A stretch of DNA of 64,000 nt from an uncultured beta proteobacterium (GTDB taxonomy: Bacteria; Pseudomonadota; Gammaproteobacteria; Burkholderiales; SG8-39): assembly GCA_963811085.1 (NCBI GenBank), contig CAWEPV010000003.1, positions 225,721-289,720 on the forward strand, read 5' to 3'. The notes under the pieces were generated by a model, which saw only the letters and a list, made by a program, of their open reading frames with translations, was not told where the DNA came from and made no database searches. This document shows, piece after piece, positions 44,773 through 54,082 of this stretch (the first letter of the stretch is position 1; each line of letters opens with the position of its first letter). A program made the position numbers and the translations under genes.

Positions 44773-45923
44773 CCGAGCATCCGGCGCAGGCGCGCCACGC
44801 CGTCGGCGAGGCGCACCTCGCCGGCGGCGAAGCACCAGCGGACAAAACCCTCGCCCTCGGGCCCGAAGGCCGCCCCAGGTGCGAGGCCGAGGCCGGTCTC
44901 GCGCACCAGGCGCTTGCAGAACGCCAGGCTGTCCGCCGCGCCTTCGACGCGCAGGAAGGCGTACATCGCGCCGTCGGGCACCGCGGCGGTGACGCCTGGA
45001 ACCGACGCCAGTTCGCCGAGCAGGAAATCGCGCGCGCGGCGCAGGCGCTCGAGCGTGCGCGCGATCTGCGGCTCGCCCTCGTTGAGCGCGGCGATGCCCG
45101 CGCGCTGCACGAACACCGGCGCGCACGACGTGTTGTACTCAATCAGCTTCGCCAGATCGGCCGCCAGCGTCGGCGGCACCACCAGCCAGCCGAGCCGCCA
45201 GCCGGTCATCCGCCAGGCCTTGGAGAAGGTGTTGGTGCTTACCACACGCTCGCCCGGCCCGGCGAGGTCGAGAAAGGACGGCGCCACGCCCGAGGCCTCG
45301 CGGTAGGTCAGCCGCTCGTAGGCGTCGTCGGCGAAGATCCAGATGCCGCGGCGGCGGCAGTGCTCGAGAATCGCGCGCTGCGCCTCGCGCGTGACGCTCC
45401 AGCCGGTCGGGTTGTTGGGCGAATTGAGGTACAGCGCACGCGTGCCGGGCACGAGCGCATCGAGCAGGCGATCGAGGTCGAGGGTCCACCCCGCGGGCGA
45501 GAAATCGAGCGCCACGGTCGCCACCTCGGCGCCGAGGATCTTGGGGATCTCCTGCAGGTTGGGCCACAGCGGCACCACCTCGACCACGCGATCGCCGGGG
45601 TCGACCAACAGCTGCGAGGCGAGCATCAGGGCGTTCACCCCGGCGCTGGTGGCCGCCACCTCTCCCGCCGCGGTTGGACGGTGCAGGCGCGTGAGGTAGG
45701 CCGCCAGCGCCTCGCGCAGCTCCGGGATGCCGAGGTTGTGCGAATAGTAGGTCTCGCCGGCGGCGATCGACTCGATGCCCGCGCGGCGGATGAAATCCGG
45801 AGTTGGCTCGTCGGGCTCGCCGACCCAGAACGGCAGCACGTCCGGATTGCCGAGGCCCTCGTTCACCAGCTCGCGGATCTTCGAGGCGGCGAGGGCGCGC
45901 ACCGGGGCGCGGGCAATAGGCAT
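44769..45923 (-). CDS. class I/II PLP-dependent aminotransferase
   Basis: 384 aa with motifs NSPNNPTG and the PLP-lysine region STNTFSKAWRMTGWRLG. Confidence 0.88.
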   Translation of the reverse strand: MPIARAPVRALAASKIRELVNEGLGNPDVLPFWVGEPDEPTPDFIRRAGIESIAAGETYYSHNLGIPELREALAAYLTRLHRPTAAGEVAATSAGVNALMLASQLLVDPGDRVVEVVPLWPNLQEIPKILGAEVATVALDFSPAGWTLDLDRLLDALVPGTRALYLNSPNNPTGWSVTREAQRAILEHCRRRGIWIFADDAYERLTYREASGVAPSFLDLAGPGERVVSTNTFSKAWRMTGWRLGWLVVPPTLAADLAKLIEYNTSCAPVFVQRAGIAALNEGEPQIARTLERLRRARDFLLGELASVPGVTAAVPDGAMYAFLRVEGAADSLAFCKRLVRETGLGLAPGAAFGPEGEGFVRWCFAAGEVRLADGVARLRRMLG

Positions 45924-45979
45924 GGCTGCGAACGGGAAGCGGACAGCGGAAGGCGCCTATTGTAAGCTGCCCGGCGCAG

Positions 45980-46945
45980 ATGAGTCTTCTCCGCGCCGCA
46001 TCCAATCTCACCGGGCCGTCGGTAGAGCGCTGGTCGCTCATCGCCGCGCTCGCCATCATGGTCGTGTGGGGCGTCAACTTCACGGTCATCAAGTACGTGC
46101 TCGAGCAGATGGGCGTCGGGCCGTTCCTGTTCATCCGCTACCTGATAATGCCGCTGCTCGGCCTCGCGCTGCTGGCGGTCGTGTACCGGCGACACCTGCG
46201 CAAATCGTGGCCACGGCGCGAGGACCTGCCGCGCTTCGTCGCCTGCGGCCTGATCGGCCACACCGCGCACGTCGGCCTGGTCACCTGGGGCATTAGCCTG
46301 TCGACTGCGTTCTCGAGCGCGCTGGTGCTTACCAGCGGGCCGCTGTTCACGCTCCTGATCCTGGCCTTCGCCGGGGCGGAGAAGCTGCGCGCGCGCCAGC
46401 TCGCCGGCACGTCGATCGCCTTCGCCGGCATCGTCATCTTCCTGTCCGACAAGTTCGTGCGCGGCGTGGCGCTGGCGGGCGCCGGCGACCTGGTGCTGCT
46501 GTTCGCCGCCTCGCTGTTCTCGCTCTATACCGTGATCGCACGCCCGATCACCGCGCGCTACGGGCCGCTGCCGGTGCTCGCCTACACGCTCGTGTTCGGC
46601 GCGCCGCTGCTGGTGCTCGCGTCGGCGCCGGCCTTCTTCGCCGCGCCGCTCGCGCACCTGCCGCTGCGGGTCTGGCTCGGTGTGCTGTGGGCGGTCCTGA
46701 TTTCGGCCTTCCTCGGCTGGCTGGTGTGGGCCTGGGTCAACGCGGTGCGCGGCGTGGCCAAGAGCGCGCCGCTGCTTTACCTGATCCCGCCGATCGCCGG
46801 GCTGGTGGCCTGGCTTTCGCTCGGCGAGAAATTCACCGCGCTCAAGCTCGCCGGCGCCGCGGTCACCATGGCGGGCGTGGCGTGGGCGCAATTCGGCGGC
46901 GGCCGCCCGCCGCCGCGCGAGACCGCGCAGGCCGACACCCCGTGA
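45980..46945 (+). CDS. EamA/DMT-family transporter
   Basis: 321 aa with ten TM segments in two EamA-like halves. Confidence 0.85.
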   Translation: MSLLRAASNLTGPSVERWSLIAALAIMVVWGVNFTVIKYVLEQMGVGPFLFIRYLIMPLLGLALLAVVYRRHLRKSWPRREDLPRFVACGLIGHTAHVGLVTWGISLSTAFSSALVLTSGPLFTLLILAFAGAEKLRARQLAGTSIAFAGIVIFLSDKFVRGVALAGAGDLVLLFAASLFSLYTVIARPITARYGPLPVLAYTLVFGAPLLVLASAPAFFAAPLAHLPLRVWLGVLWAVLISAFLGWLVWAWVNAVRGVAKSAPLLYLIPPIAGLVAWLSLGEKFTALKLAGAAVTMAGVAWAQFGGGRPPPRETAQADTP

Positions 46946-48129
46946 GCCCGGCCGCCTCGCGCCGCTCGCTGCCGCGCACCGTGTGGGCGCTCGGCCTGGT
47001 GTCGCTGCTGATGGACAGCTCATCGGAACTGGTCCACGCGCTGCTGCCGCTGTACCTGACCGGCGTGCTCGGCGCGAGCATGCTCGAAGTCGGCCTGATC
47101 GAAGGCATCGCCGAGGGCACCGCCGCGATCACCAAGGTTTTCTCCGGCACGCTGTCGGACTGGCTCGGGCGCAGGAAGCTGCTGATCGGGCTCGGCTACG
47201 GCCTGGCCGCGCTGTCCAAGCCGCTGTTCCCGCTCGCCAACGGCATCGCGCTGGTGGCCGGCGCGCGCTTCATGGATCGCGTCGGCAAAGGCATCCGCGG
47301 CGCCCCGCGCGATGCGCTGATCGCCGACGTGACCCCGCGCGAGGCCCAGGGCACGGCCTACGGCCTGCGCCAGACGCTCGACTCGATCGGCGCGGTGCTC
47401 GGACCGCTCGCGGCGGTCGTGCTCATGGCGCTGTTCGCCGAGAGTCTGCGCGCGGTGCTGTGGGCGGCGGTGCTGCCGGCGCTGGCCGCGGTGCTGGTGA
47501 TCGTGTTCGCGGTGCGCGAGCCCGACGGCGCGCGCGCGGCAAAGGCGAAGGCGAAGAGCCCGCTGACGAAGACGATGCTCGGCCTGCTCGGCGCGCGCTA
47601 CTGGCTGGTGGTCGGGCTGGGCGCGGTGCTGACGCTGGCGCGCTTCTCCGAGGCCTTCCTCGTGCTGCGCGCCGCCGACGTCGGGCTGGCGCAGACCTGG
47701 GTGCCGCTGGTGATGGCGGCGATGAGCCTGGTCTACGCGCTGGTCGCCTACCCGGCGGGAATCGCCGCCGACCGGGGCCGGCAGCGCGCGCTGATCGGCT
47801 GGGGGCTCGCCGCGCTGATCGCGGCCGATCTGGTGCTCGGCGGCGCGCACTCGGTCGGCGCGGTGTTCGCCGGCGTCGCGCTGTGGGGCGTGCACATGGG
47901 GCTCACGCAGGGCCTGCTCTCGGCGCTGGTCGCCGCCGCCGCGCCGGCCGAGGCGCGCGGCACCGCGTTCGGAATCTTCAATCTGGTCATCGGCGTGGTG
48001 CTGATCGGCGCCAGCCTGCTCGCGGGCTGGCTGTGGCAGGCCCACGGCCCGGCGGCAACCTTCTACGCCGGCGCCGCGTTCACCGCGATCGCGCTCTCCG
48101 GGCTCCTGGCGGCGGCCCGCTCGCGCTAG
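46942..48129 (+). CDS. MFS transporter
   Basis: In-frame GTG of track ORF 46687..48129, overlapping the eamA stop (GTGA). It has 12 TM-like segments and an MFS loop (GTLSDWLGRRKLL). Confidence 0.8.
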   Translation: MSPAASRRSLPRTVWALGLVSLLMDSSSELVHALLPLYLTGVLGASMLEVGLIEGIAEGTAAITKVFSGTLSDWLGRRKLLIGLGYGLAALSKPLFPLANGIALVAGARFMDRVGKGIRGAPRDALIADVTPREAQGTAYGLRQTLDSIGAVLGPLAAVVLMALFAESLRAVLWAAVLPALAAVLVIVFAVREPDGARAAKAKAKSPLTKTMLGLLGARYWLVVGLGAVLTLARFSEAFLVLRAADVGLAQTWVPLVMAAMSLVYALVAYPAGIAADRGRQRALIGWGLAALIAADLVLGGAHSVGAVFAGVALWGVHMGLTQGLLSALVAAAAPAEARGTAFGIFNLVIGVVLIGASLLAGWLWQAHGPAATFYAGAAFTAIALSGLLAAARSR

Positions 48130-48164
48130 AATCCGCACCCGGTTCCCGCGACGGAGGAAATGCA

Positions 48165-48713
48165 ATGTCGGGCGCGCACATCGAATCGCACGCAGAGCAC
48201 AACAAGGGCATCGCCCTGCTGATCTCGGTCCTCGCGCTGGTGCTCGCGTTTTCCGAGACGCTCGGCAAGTCGGCTCAGACCGCGGCGCTCGACGCCAACA
48301 TCCAGGCCGCCAACCTGTGGTCGTTCTTCCAGGCCAAGACGATCCGCCAGACCACGCTCAAGACCGCCGCCGAGCAGCTCGAGCTGCTCAGCACCAGCCC
48401 GGCTGCCAAGAAACAGGTCGAAGCGTGGAAGGCCAACGCCGAACGCTACGAGTCACAGCCGGAAAAGAGCGAAGGCCGCAAGGAGCTCGCGGCGCGCGCA
48501 ACGACGGCCGAACAAAAACGCGACCGATCGATGACCTCCTACCACTACTATGAGCTCGCCTCGGCCGCGGTGCAGATCGGGATCGTGCTCGCCTCGGCCT
48601 CGATCATCACCGCGATGCCGCTGCTGGCCTGGATCGCCGGCGCGCTGGGCGCGATCGGCGCGGCGCTGTGCGTGGTCGGGTTCTGGTTCTCCGCCGCGCT
48701 GCACCTCGTCTAG
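48165..48713 (+). CDS. DUF4337-like membrane protein
   Basis: In-frame ATG of track ORF 46983..48713 with GGAGGAAA upstream. The product reads HAEHNKGIALLISVLALVLAFSETLGKSAQ...ANLWSFFQAK..., with a C-terminal TM pair. Confidence 0.65.
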   Translation: MSGAHIESHAEHNKGIALLISVLALVLAFSETLGKSAQTAALDANIQAANLWSFFQAKTIRQTTLKTAAEQLELLSTSPAAKKQVEAWKANAERYESQPEKSEGRKELAARATTAEQKRDRSMTSYHYYELASAAVQIGIVLASASIITAMPLLAWIAGALGAIGAALCVVGFWFSAALHLV

Positions 48714-48741
48714 CGGCGCATTGAGCGCTCGAGCGCGACAT

Positions 48742-49746
48742 TCATCGCTGCGGAAGGTATAGCCCCCGCACCGCCGCCTTGTGCGCGGCGAGCGCGGCGG
48801 CCAGCTCGAACGCCGGCACCGGCACGCCGGCGACGCGCGCGAAAGCGAGCGGCGCCATGACCTGCGCCTCGATCTCCATCGGCCGGCCGCGCTCGAAGTC
48901 CTGCAGCATCGAGGGCTTGTGCGCGGCGCCGCTCGGAGCGCCGCCGGGGCGGCGCGGCGCGTTCTGGACTTCGACGCCGTGCGCGGTGGCGATCGCGCGG
49001 CCCTCGGCGCGGATGCGCTCGAGCTGCGCAGCGAGCGCCGGGTCGGCGCCGATGCCGGCCACCGTGTCCTCGGCCAGCAGGCAAAGCGTCGAGCTGGCGA
49101 GGTTGAGCACCAGTTTGTTCCACAGCGCCTGGCGGATGTCGCCGGTCGCGGGCGAATGCAGCTGCGCCGCATCGAGCGCCGCGCGCAGCGCGTCGACCGG
49201 CGCCGAGGCCCGGTCGTCGGCCGCGCCGATCACCAGCATGTTGCGCCCCGGGGTGTGGTTCTCGACCACCCCGGGCGCGGTCACCTCGTTGGCCGAATAG
49301 ACCACGCCGCCGACGACCCGCTCGGGTGCCACCGCGCGCGCGAGCCTGCCGCCCGGGTCGAGGCGCGAGAGGTCGGGCGGACGCGGGCGCGCGCTCGAGA
49401 GCCCGAGCGGGTACCACCAGGGAATCCCGTTCTGGCAGAACACCACCGAGCTGTGCGCGCCGAGCAACGGTGCGAGGGCATCCGCCGCGGCGCCCAGCGC
49501 GGTGGCCTTGAGCGCGACCAGCACTGCGTCCTGCGCGCCGAGCTCGGCCGGGCGATCGCTCGCGCGTACGCGCGCGCTCACCCGCTCCGGGCCCGAGACC
49601 AGCGTGACGCCGTGCGCGCGCAGCGCCTCGAGCTGCGCGCCGCGCGCGAGCACCGAGACCTCGTTGCCGGCGGCGGCGAGCCGCGCGGCGAAATGGCTGC
49701 CGATCGCGCCGGCACCGAAGATGCAGATGCGCAACACGTTCTCCAA
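48742..49746 (-). CDS. 2-dehydropantoate 2-reductase (ApbA/PanE) family oxidoreductase
   Basis: 334 aa with Rossmann motif ICIFGAGAIGS, plus ...QNGI... and ...SMLQDFERGRPMEIE... Confidence 0.8.
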   Translation of the reverse strand: MENVLRICIFGAGAIGSHFAARLAAAGNEVSVLARGAQLEALRAHGVTLVSGPERVSARVRASDRPAELGAQDAVLVALKATALGAAADALAPLLGAHSSVVFCQNGIPWWYPLGLSSARPRPPDLSRLDPGGRLARAVAPERVVGGVVYSANEVTAPGVVENHTPGRNMLVIGAADDRASAPVDALRAALDAAQLHSPATGDIRQALWNKLVLNLASSTLCLLAEDTVAGIGADPALAAQLERIRAEGRAIATAHGVEVQNAPRRPGGAPSGAAHKPSMLQDFERGRPMEIEAQVMAPLAFARVAGVPVPAFELAAALAAHKAAVRGLYLPQR

Positions 49747-49797
49747 GCGAAAGTGGCGCTGATTCTAACCTCGCTCCTGGTGTAGGATCGCCCTGCC

Positions 49798-49962
49798 ATG
49801 GATATTTCAGCGGAAGAAATCAAGGAGTTCTGGCGCGGCTGGTGCCTGCGGCGCAAGATCGCGCCCGACCTCGTCGCCAAGGGCGAGGCCGAGATCGACA
49901 AGGATCCCGAGCGCTGGGCCGACGAGACGATGGATCAGCTGCTGGAGCTGATCAAGGCTTGA
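49798..49962 (+). CDS. hypothetical 54-aa hydrophilic protein
   Basis: Below the track's size cut-off. Hand translation gives MDISAEEIKEFWRGWCLRRKIAPDLVAKGEAEIDKDPERWADETMDQLLELIKA*. Third-position GC is high, like its neighbours. I recognise no family. Confidence 0.35.
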   Translation: MDISAEEIKEFWRGWCLRRKIAPDLVAKGEAEIDKDPERWADETMDQLLELIKA

Positions 49963-51079
49963 GCGTCCAGTCTCGGATCAGCGCCTCGTACAGCGCGACC
50001 GACTGGCGGATCCTCTCCATGCTGCAGTACTCGTCGGTCTGGTGCGCCTGCTGCGGCTCGCCGGGCCCGAGCACCACGGTCGGCGCGCCGGCCCACAGCT
50101 TGCGCAGGTTCGCCGCGTCGGTCATGTAGGTCGCGGCCTGCACCGCAGGCGCTGCCCCGAGCTGCTCGGCGCAGAGCTCGAACACGCGCCGCATCCACGC
50201 CTCGTCCGGCTCGGTCCAGACCGCCTGCAGGTTTGAGAACACGTCCAGCTCGGCGTCGCCCAGCGTCTTTCCCAGCTCGGCGAGCAACGCCGCGTGGTCC
50301 ATTCCCGGCACGGTGCGGATGTCCACTCCGATGCGCGCCGAGTCGGGCACCAGGTTCACCCCCGCGCCGCCTTCGATCGTGCCGACGTTCATCGTCGGCG
50401 CGCCCATCACCGGGTGCGGGTGGGCGTGGAAATCGAACTTCTCCAGCGCCGCAACCGCGCGCGCCGCCTTGTAGATCGCGTTCTCGCCCAGCTCGGGCAT
50501 CGAGCCGTGCGCCGAGACGCCGCGAAACGCGGCGTGGAACTTGAGCGAGCCCTTGTGCCCGACGTAGGGCTGGTTCGAGGTCGGCTCGCCGACCACGATC
50601 GCGCCGGCCTTGCCCATCAGCGCGGCAGGTGCGCCAGATGGCGCGAGCCGATGCAGCCGTTCTCCTCCGACGCGGTCAGCACCAGCACCACGCCCGGCGT
50701 GCCGGCGAGCTTGCCGGCGAAGGCCTTGGCCGCGAGCAGCATCGCCGCCACGCCCGCTTTCATGTCGGAAGAGCCGCGCCCGTAGAGGCGGTCGCCGTCG
50801 CTCTCGCCGGCGAAGGGGTCCCTGGCCCACTTGCGCGTGCCGAGCGGCACCACGTCGAGGTGCCCGGTGAGGCACAGCGGCGCTTTCGCTTCGGAGCCGC
50901 CGGCACGCGCGATCACGCTGGTGCGGCCGGGCTCGAACTCCTGGTACTCGCACCGCGTAGCCCCAGTCCTCGAGCAGCCCGCCGGCGTGATGCGCGCAGT
51001 CGTGCTCGCGCCCGGGCGGGTTGACCGTGTCGAACTGGAGCAAAGACCGCGTCAGCGAAATGGCATCCTGTGCGCTCAT
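49952..51079 (-). pseudogene. M20-family metallopeptidase (ArgE/DapE/ACY1-like) carrying two compensating frameshifts
   Basis: The N-terminus (MSAQDAISLTRSLLQFDTVNPPGRE...LLEDWGYAV) and C-terminus (...AALMGKAGAIVVGEPTSNQPYVGHKGS...) are in the frame of track ORF 49952..51352. The conserved middle part is found only in track ORF 50617..50916, a different frame (EYQEFEPGRTSVIARAGGSEAKAPLCLTGHLDVVP...GRGSSDMKAG...). Confidence 0.75.
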
Positions 51080-51131
51080 GCGATGCATGATAATCGAATC
51101 CCTCGAAAACGAACGAACCGGGCGAAAAACC

Positions 51132-51908
51132 ATGACCGATCTCCTGCACGAGGTGCGCGACGGCATCGTGTACCTGACCTTCAACCGGCCGCAGGCGCGC
51201 AACGCGCTCACTTTCGCGATGTACGACCGCCTGGCCGAGATCTGCGAGGAGGCCAACCGCGACCGCTCGATCCGCGCCATGGTGCTCACCGGCGCGGGCG
51301 ACAAGGCCTTCGCCGCCGGCACCGACATCTCGCAGTTCCGCGCCTTCGACAAGGAGCAGGACGCGCTCGACTACGAGGCGCGCATCGACCGCGTGCTGGG
51401 CGCGCTCGAGGCCTGCCGCGTGCCGACCATCGCCGCGATCCAGGGCGCCTGCACCGGCGGCGGCGCCGGCATCGCGGTGTGCTGCGACCTGCGCATCGCG
51501 GTCAAGGGCGCGCGCTTCGGCTTTCCGGTCGCGCGCACGCTCGGCAACTGCCTGTCGATGAACAACTACTCGCGCCTGGTCGCGCTGCTGGGGCCGGCGC
51601 GGGTCAAGGACATGATCTTCAAGGCGCGCCTGATCGAGGCCGACGAGGCGCTCGCGATCGGCCTGGTGGGCGAGCTGGTCGAGGACGGCGCGGCGCTCAG
51701 CGCGCGCGCCGAAGAGCTCGCGCGCCAGATCGCGAGCCTGGCGCCGCTCACGCTGCAGGCCACCAAGGAAGCGGTGCGCCGCCTGCGGCCGGCGATTCCG
51801 CACGGCGAAGGCAACGACCTGGTGCTGATGTGCTACATGAGCGAGGACTTCCGCGAAGGCATGGAAGCCTTCCTCAACAAGCGCAAGCCGGTCTGGAAAG
51901 GCCGCTAG
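51132..51908 (+). CDS. enoyl-CoA hydratase/isomerase (crotonase) family
   Basis: In-frame ATG of track ORF 51021..51908. The product reads VYLTFNRPQARNAL...MVLTGAGDKAFAAGTDI...GACTGGGAGIAVCCDLR. Confidence 0.88.
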   Translation: MTDLLHEVRDGIVYLTFNRPQARNALTFAMYDRLAEICEEANRDRSIRAMVLTGAGDKAFAAGTDISQFRAFDKEQDALDYEARIDRVLGALEACRVPTIAAIQGACTGGGAGIAVCCDLRIAVKGARFGFPVARTLGNCLSMNNYSRLVALLGPARVKDMIFKARLIEADEALAIGLVGELVEDGAALSARAEELARQIASLAPLTLQATKEAVRRLRPAIPHGEGNDLVLMCYMSEDFREGMEAFLNKRKPVWKGR

Positions 51909-51922
51909 CCGTTCGCCGCGCT

Positions 51923-52336
51923 TTATTGGGGAACGATCACCATCCAGCCAACGCCGAAGCGGTCGGCAAGCATGCCGAAGCAGGGCGAGAAGAAAGTCTT
52001 GCCGAGCGGCATGCGCACTTCGCCGCCGTCGGACAGGGCCGCGAACCAGCGCTTCGCCTCGGCCTCATCCTTGGCCTCGAGCGAGAGCGAGAAGCCCTGG
52101 AAGGCCGGCTTGCCCTTGCACATGCCGTCGGAGGCCATCAGCACCGCGCCGCCGATGCGCAGCGCCGCGTGCATGACCTTGTTCTCCGAGCCCGGCGGGA
52201 GCATCCCGGGTGGCGCCGGCTCGGGACTGTCCTTGTTGCGCATCAGCATCTCGACCTCGGCGCCGAGCGCTTTCTTGTAGAGCTCGATCGCCTCCTCGCA
52301 GCGGCCTTCGAAAAACAGATAGGGCTGGATCTGCAT
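51923..52336 (-). CDS. VOC/glyoxalase-fold protein (PhnB-like)
   Basis: 137 aa reading MQIQPYLFFEGRCEEAIELYKKALGAEV...FGMLADRFGVGWMV. Confidence 0.8.
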   Translation of the reverse strand: MQIQPYLFFEGRCEEAIELYKKALGAEVEMLMRNKDSPEPAPPGMLPPGSENKVMHAALRIGGAVLMASDGMCKGKPAFQGFSLSLEAKDEAEAKRWFAALSDGGEVRMPLGKTFFSPCFGMLADRFGVGWMVIVPQ

Positions 52337-52348
52337 CGCTTGCTCCTT

Positions 52349-52852
52349 TCAGGTCTGCGCCAGATAGGCGACCAACTGGTCCATGGTGCCGCCCCAGCCC
52401 TGCGTCATGCTGGCGCGACCCTCGTCGAAGGTCTTGCGCTCGAGCTCGGTAGCGGAGTCGTGCGGCACCCACTGCACGGTGAGCTTCGTCTTGCCGCCCA
52501 AGTCCTCGAAGATCACGCTGGACAGCGTCTCGAGCGGCCAGCTCTCGCTCCACGGATGGCGCGTCACGCCGCCCTGCGGGTCGGAGAACGAGGTGATGAA
52601 CACCAGCCGCTCGGGCGCGTCGATCACGCGGTAAACGAACCGCCCCCAGATGTCGCTGCCGTCGGGTGCGGTCATGCCGTAATGAAACACGCCGCCCGGG
52701 CGCAGGTCGACTTTGCAAGTATGCACTTTGAAGCCTGCCGGGCCCCACCACTTCTTCAGCTGCGCGGGGTCGGTCCAGGCCTGCCAGATCCGCTCGCGCG
52801 GCGCGTCGAGCACGCGCGAGGTGACGAACGGCTCGAAAGGTTTTACCGGCAT
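52349..52852 (-). CDS. SRPBCC / Aha1-domain protein
   Basis: 167 aa reading ...RVLDAPRERIWQAWTDPAQLKKWWGP... Confidence 0.8.
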   Translation of the reverse strand: MPVKPFEPFVTSRVLDAPRERIWQAWTDPAQLKKWWGPAGFKVHTCKVDLRPGGVFHYGMTAPDGSDIWGRFVYRVIDAPERLVFITSFSDPQGGVTRHPWSESWPLETLSSVIFEDLGGKTKLTVQWVPHDSATELERKTFDEGRASMTQGWGGTMDQLVAYLAQT

Positions 52853-52862
52853 GCGGTTCTCC

Positions 52863-53222
52863 TCAGAGGTCGAGCGCGACTTTGAAGCCGCCGTAGATCA
52901 GGCGCTTGCCGTCGAAGGGCATGGCCTTCGGATTCATCATCGACGCGAGGCGCCTGTCCTTCATCACCTTCGCCATTACCCGGTCGCGCTGCTTGCGCGA
53001 TTTGTACACGATGAACGAAAACCACACCACCTCGCCCGGCTTCAGCTTGACGCTGCGCGGGAACGAGGTCCGTTTGCCCGGCTTGACGTCGTCCGCGACG
53101 CACTCCGTGTAGGACAGCGCGCCGTGCTCGCGCCAGACCTTGCCCGCCCTGCGCGCCATGGCACGATAGGCGGCAAGATTCCTTTTCGGTACCGGCACCA
53201 CGAATCCGTCCACGTAACCCAT
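52863..53222 (-). CDS. DUF1428-family protein
   Basis: 119 aa reading MGYVDGFVVPVPKRNLAAYRAMA...FSFIVYKSR..RD. Confidence 0.75.
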   Translation of the reverse strand: MGYVDGFVVPVPKRNLAAYRAMARRAGKVWREHGALSYTECVADDVKPGKRTSFPRSVKLKPGEVVWFSFIVYKSRKQRDRVMAKVMKDRRLASMMNPKAMPFDGKRLIYGGFKVALDL

Positions 53223-53224
53223 GA

Positions 53225-53686
53225 TCAGACACCTCCCTTGAGAAATTGATCGAGCTTCTCGAACGTCTCGCTCCAGCCGCGCTGGTGGCCATCGCGCGCC
53301 GCCTCGTCGAAGAAGCGCTCATGGCGGAACACCATCTCGGTTCCGCTACCGACTTGTGTCAGCAGGATCGTCACCAGCGACTCGCGTTCGGGCGTGGTGC
53401 GCGACCAGGTCCAGGTGAAGACGAGCCTTCGGTTCGGAACGACCTCGCGGTAGACGCCCTGCGCCTCGTGCTCGTTGCCGTCGGGCCCGCCGAAGGCGAT
53501 GCGAAAGCGCCCGCCGACGCGCAGGTCGAGCTCGGCGGCCGCAACCGGTTGCGGCCCGCCCGGCCCGAACCAGCGCGTCAGCGCTTGCGGGTCGGTCCAC
53601 GCGCGCCAGACTTTTTCCGGCGCGACGGGGTAGCGGCGGGTGAGGACGAGGAAGGGCCTTTCGGCGAGCTTGGCGGCTTGGTCCAT
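53225..53686 (-). CDS. SRPBCC / Aha1-domain protein
   Basis: In-frame ATG of track ORF 53225..53770. The product reads ...LVLTRRYPVAPEKVWRAWTDPQALTRWFGP... Confidence 0.8.
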   Translation of the reverse strand: MDQAAKLAERPFLVLTRRYPVAPEKVWRAWTDPQALTRWFGPGGPQPVAAAELDLRVGGRFRIAFGGPDGNEHEAQGVYREVVPNRRLVFTWTWSRTTPERESLVTILLTQVGSGTEMVFRHERFFDEAARDGHQRGWSETFEKLDQFLKGGV

Positions 53687-54024
53687 GTCTGCAACTCCTC
53701 CTGCTGGTAGAGGTAGCGGGCGAGCGAATCGAGCTTCTCGCTCCAGAACTTTTCGTAGCGCGAGATCCACGCCGCGGCGTCCTGCATCGGCGCCGCCGCC
53801 AGCTCGCAGCTGACGACCCTTCCTTCCTTGCTGCGCGCGATCAGGCCGGCGTCCTCGAGCACCCGCAGGTGCTTCATGAACCCCGGCAGCGACATGTCGT
53901 GCGGCGAGGCGAGCTCCGAGACCGCGAGGTCCCCGCCGCTGAGCGACTCGAGAATGCGGCGCCGGGTGCGGTCGGCCAGGGCGCCGAAAACCGCGTCGAG
54001 CTCGTCGTCCGAATACTTAACCAT
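53578..54024 (-). CDS. ArsR/SmtB-family transcriptional regulator
   Basis: In-frame ATG of track ORF 53578..54060. The product reads VFGALADRTRRRILESLSGGDLAVSELASPHDMSLPGFMKHLRVLEDAGLI. Its last ~35 codons (Pro/Ser/Lys-rich) overlap the downstream SRPBCC gene by 109 nt, so the true stop is uncertain. Confidence 0.8.
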   Translation of the reverse strand: MVKYSDDELDAVFGALADRTRRRILESLSGGDLAVSELASPHDMSLPGFMKHLRVLEDAGLIARSKEGRVVSCELAAAPMQDAAAWISRYEKFWSEKLDSLARYLYQQEELQTWTKPPSSPKGPSSSSPAATPSRRKKSGARGPTRKR

Positions 54025-54082
54025 GAGGTTCAGTATCGGGCCGCCGAGCGGACCTGTCAAGCGGTCGGGCCGGCGAGATGTG

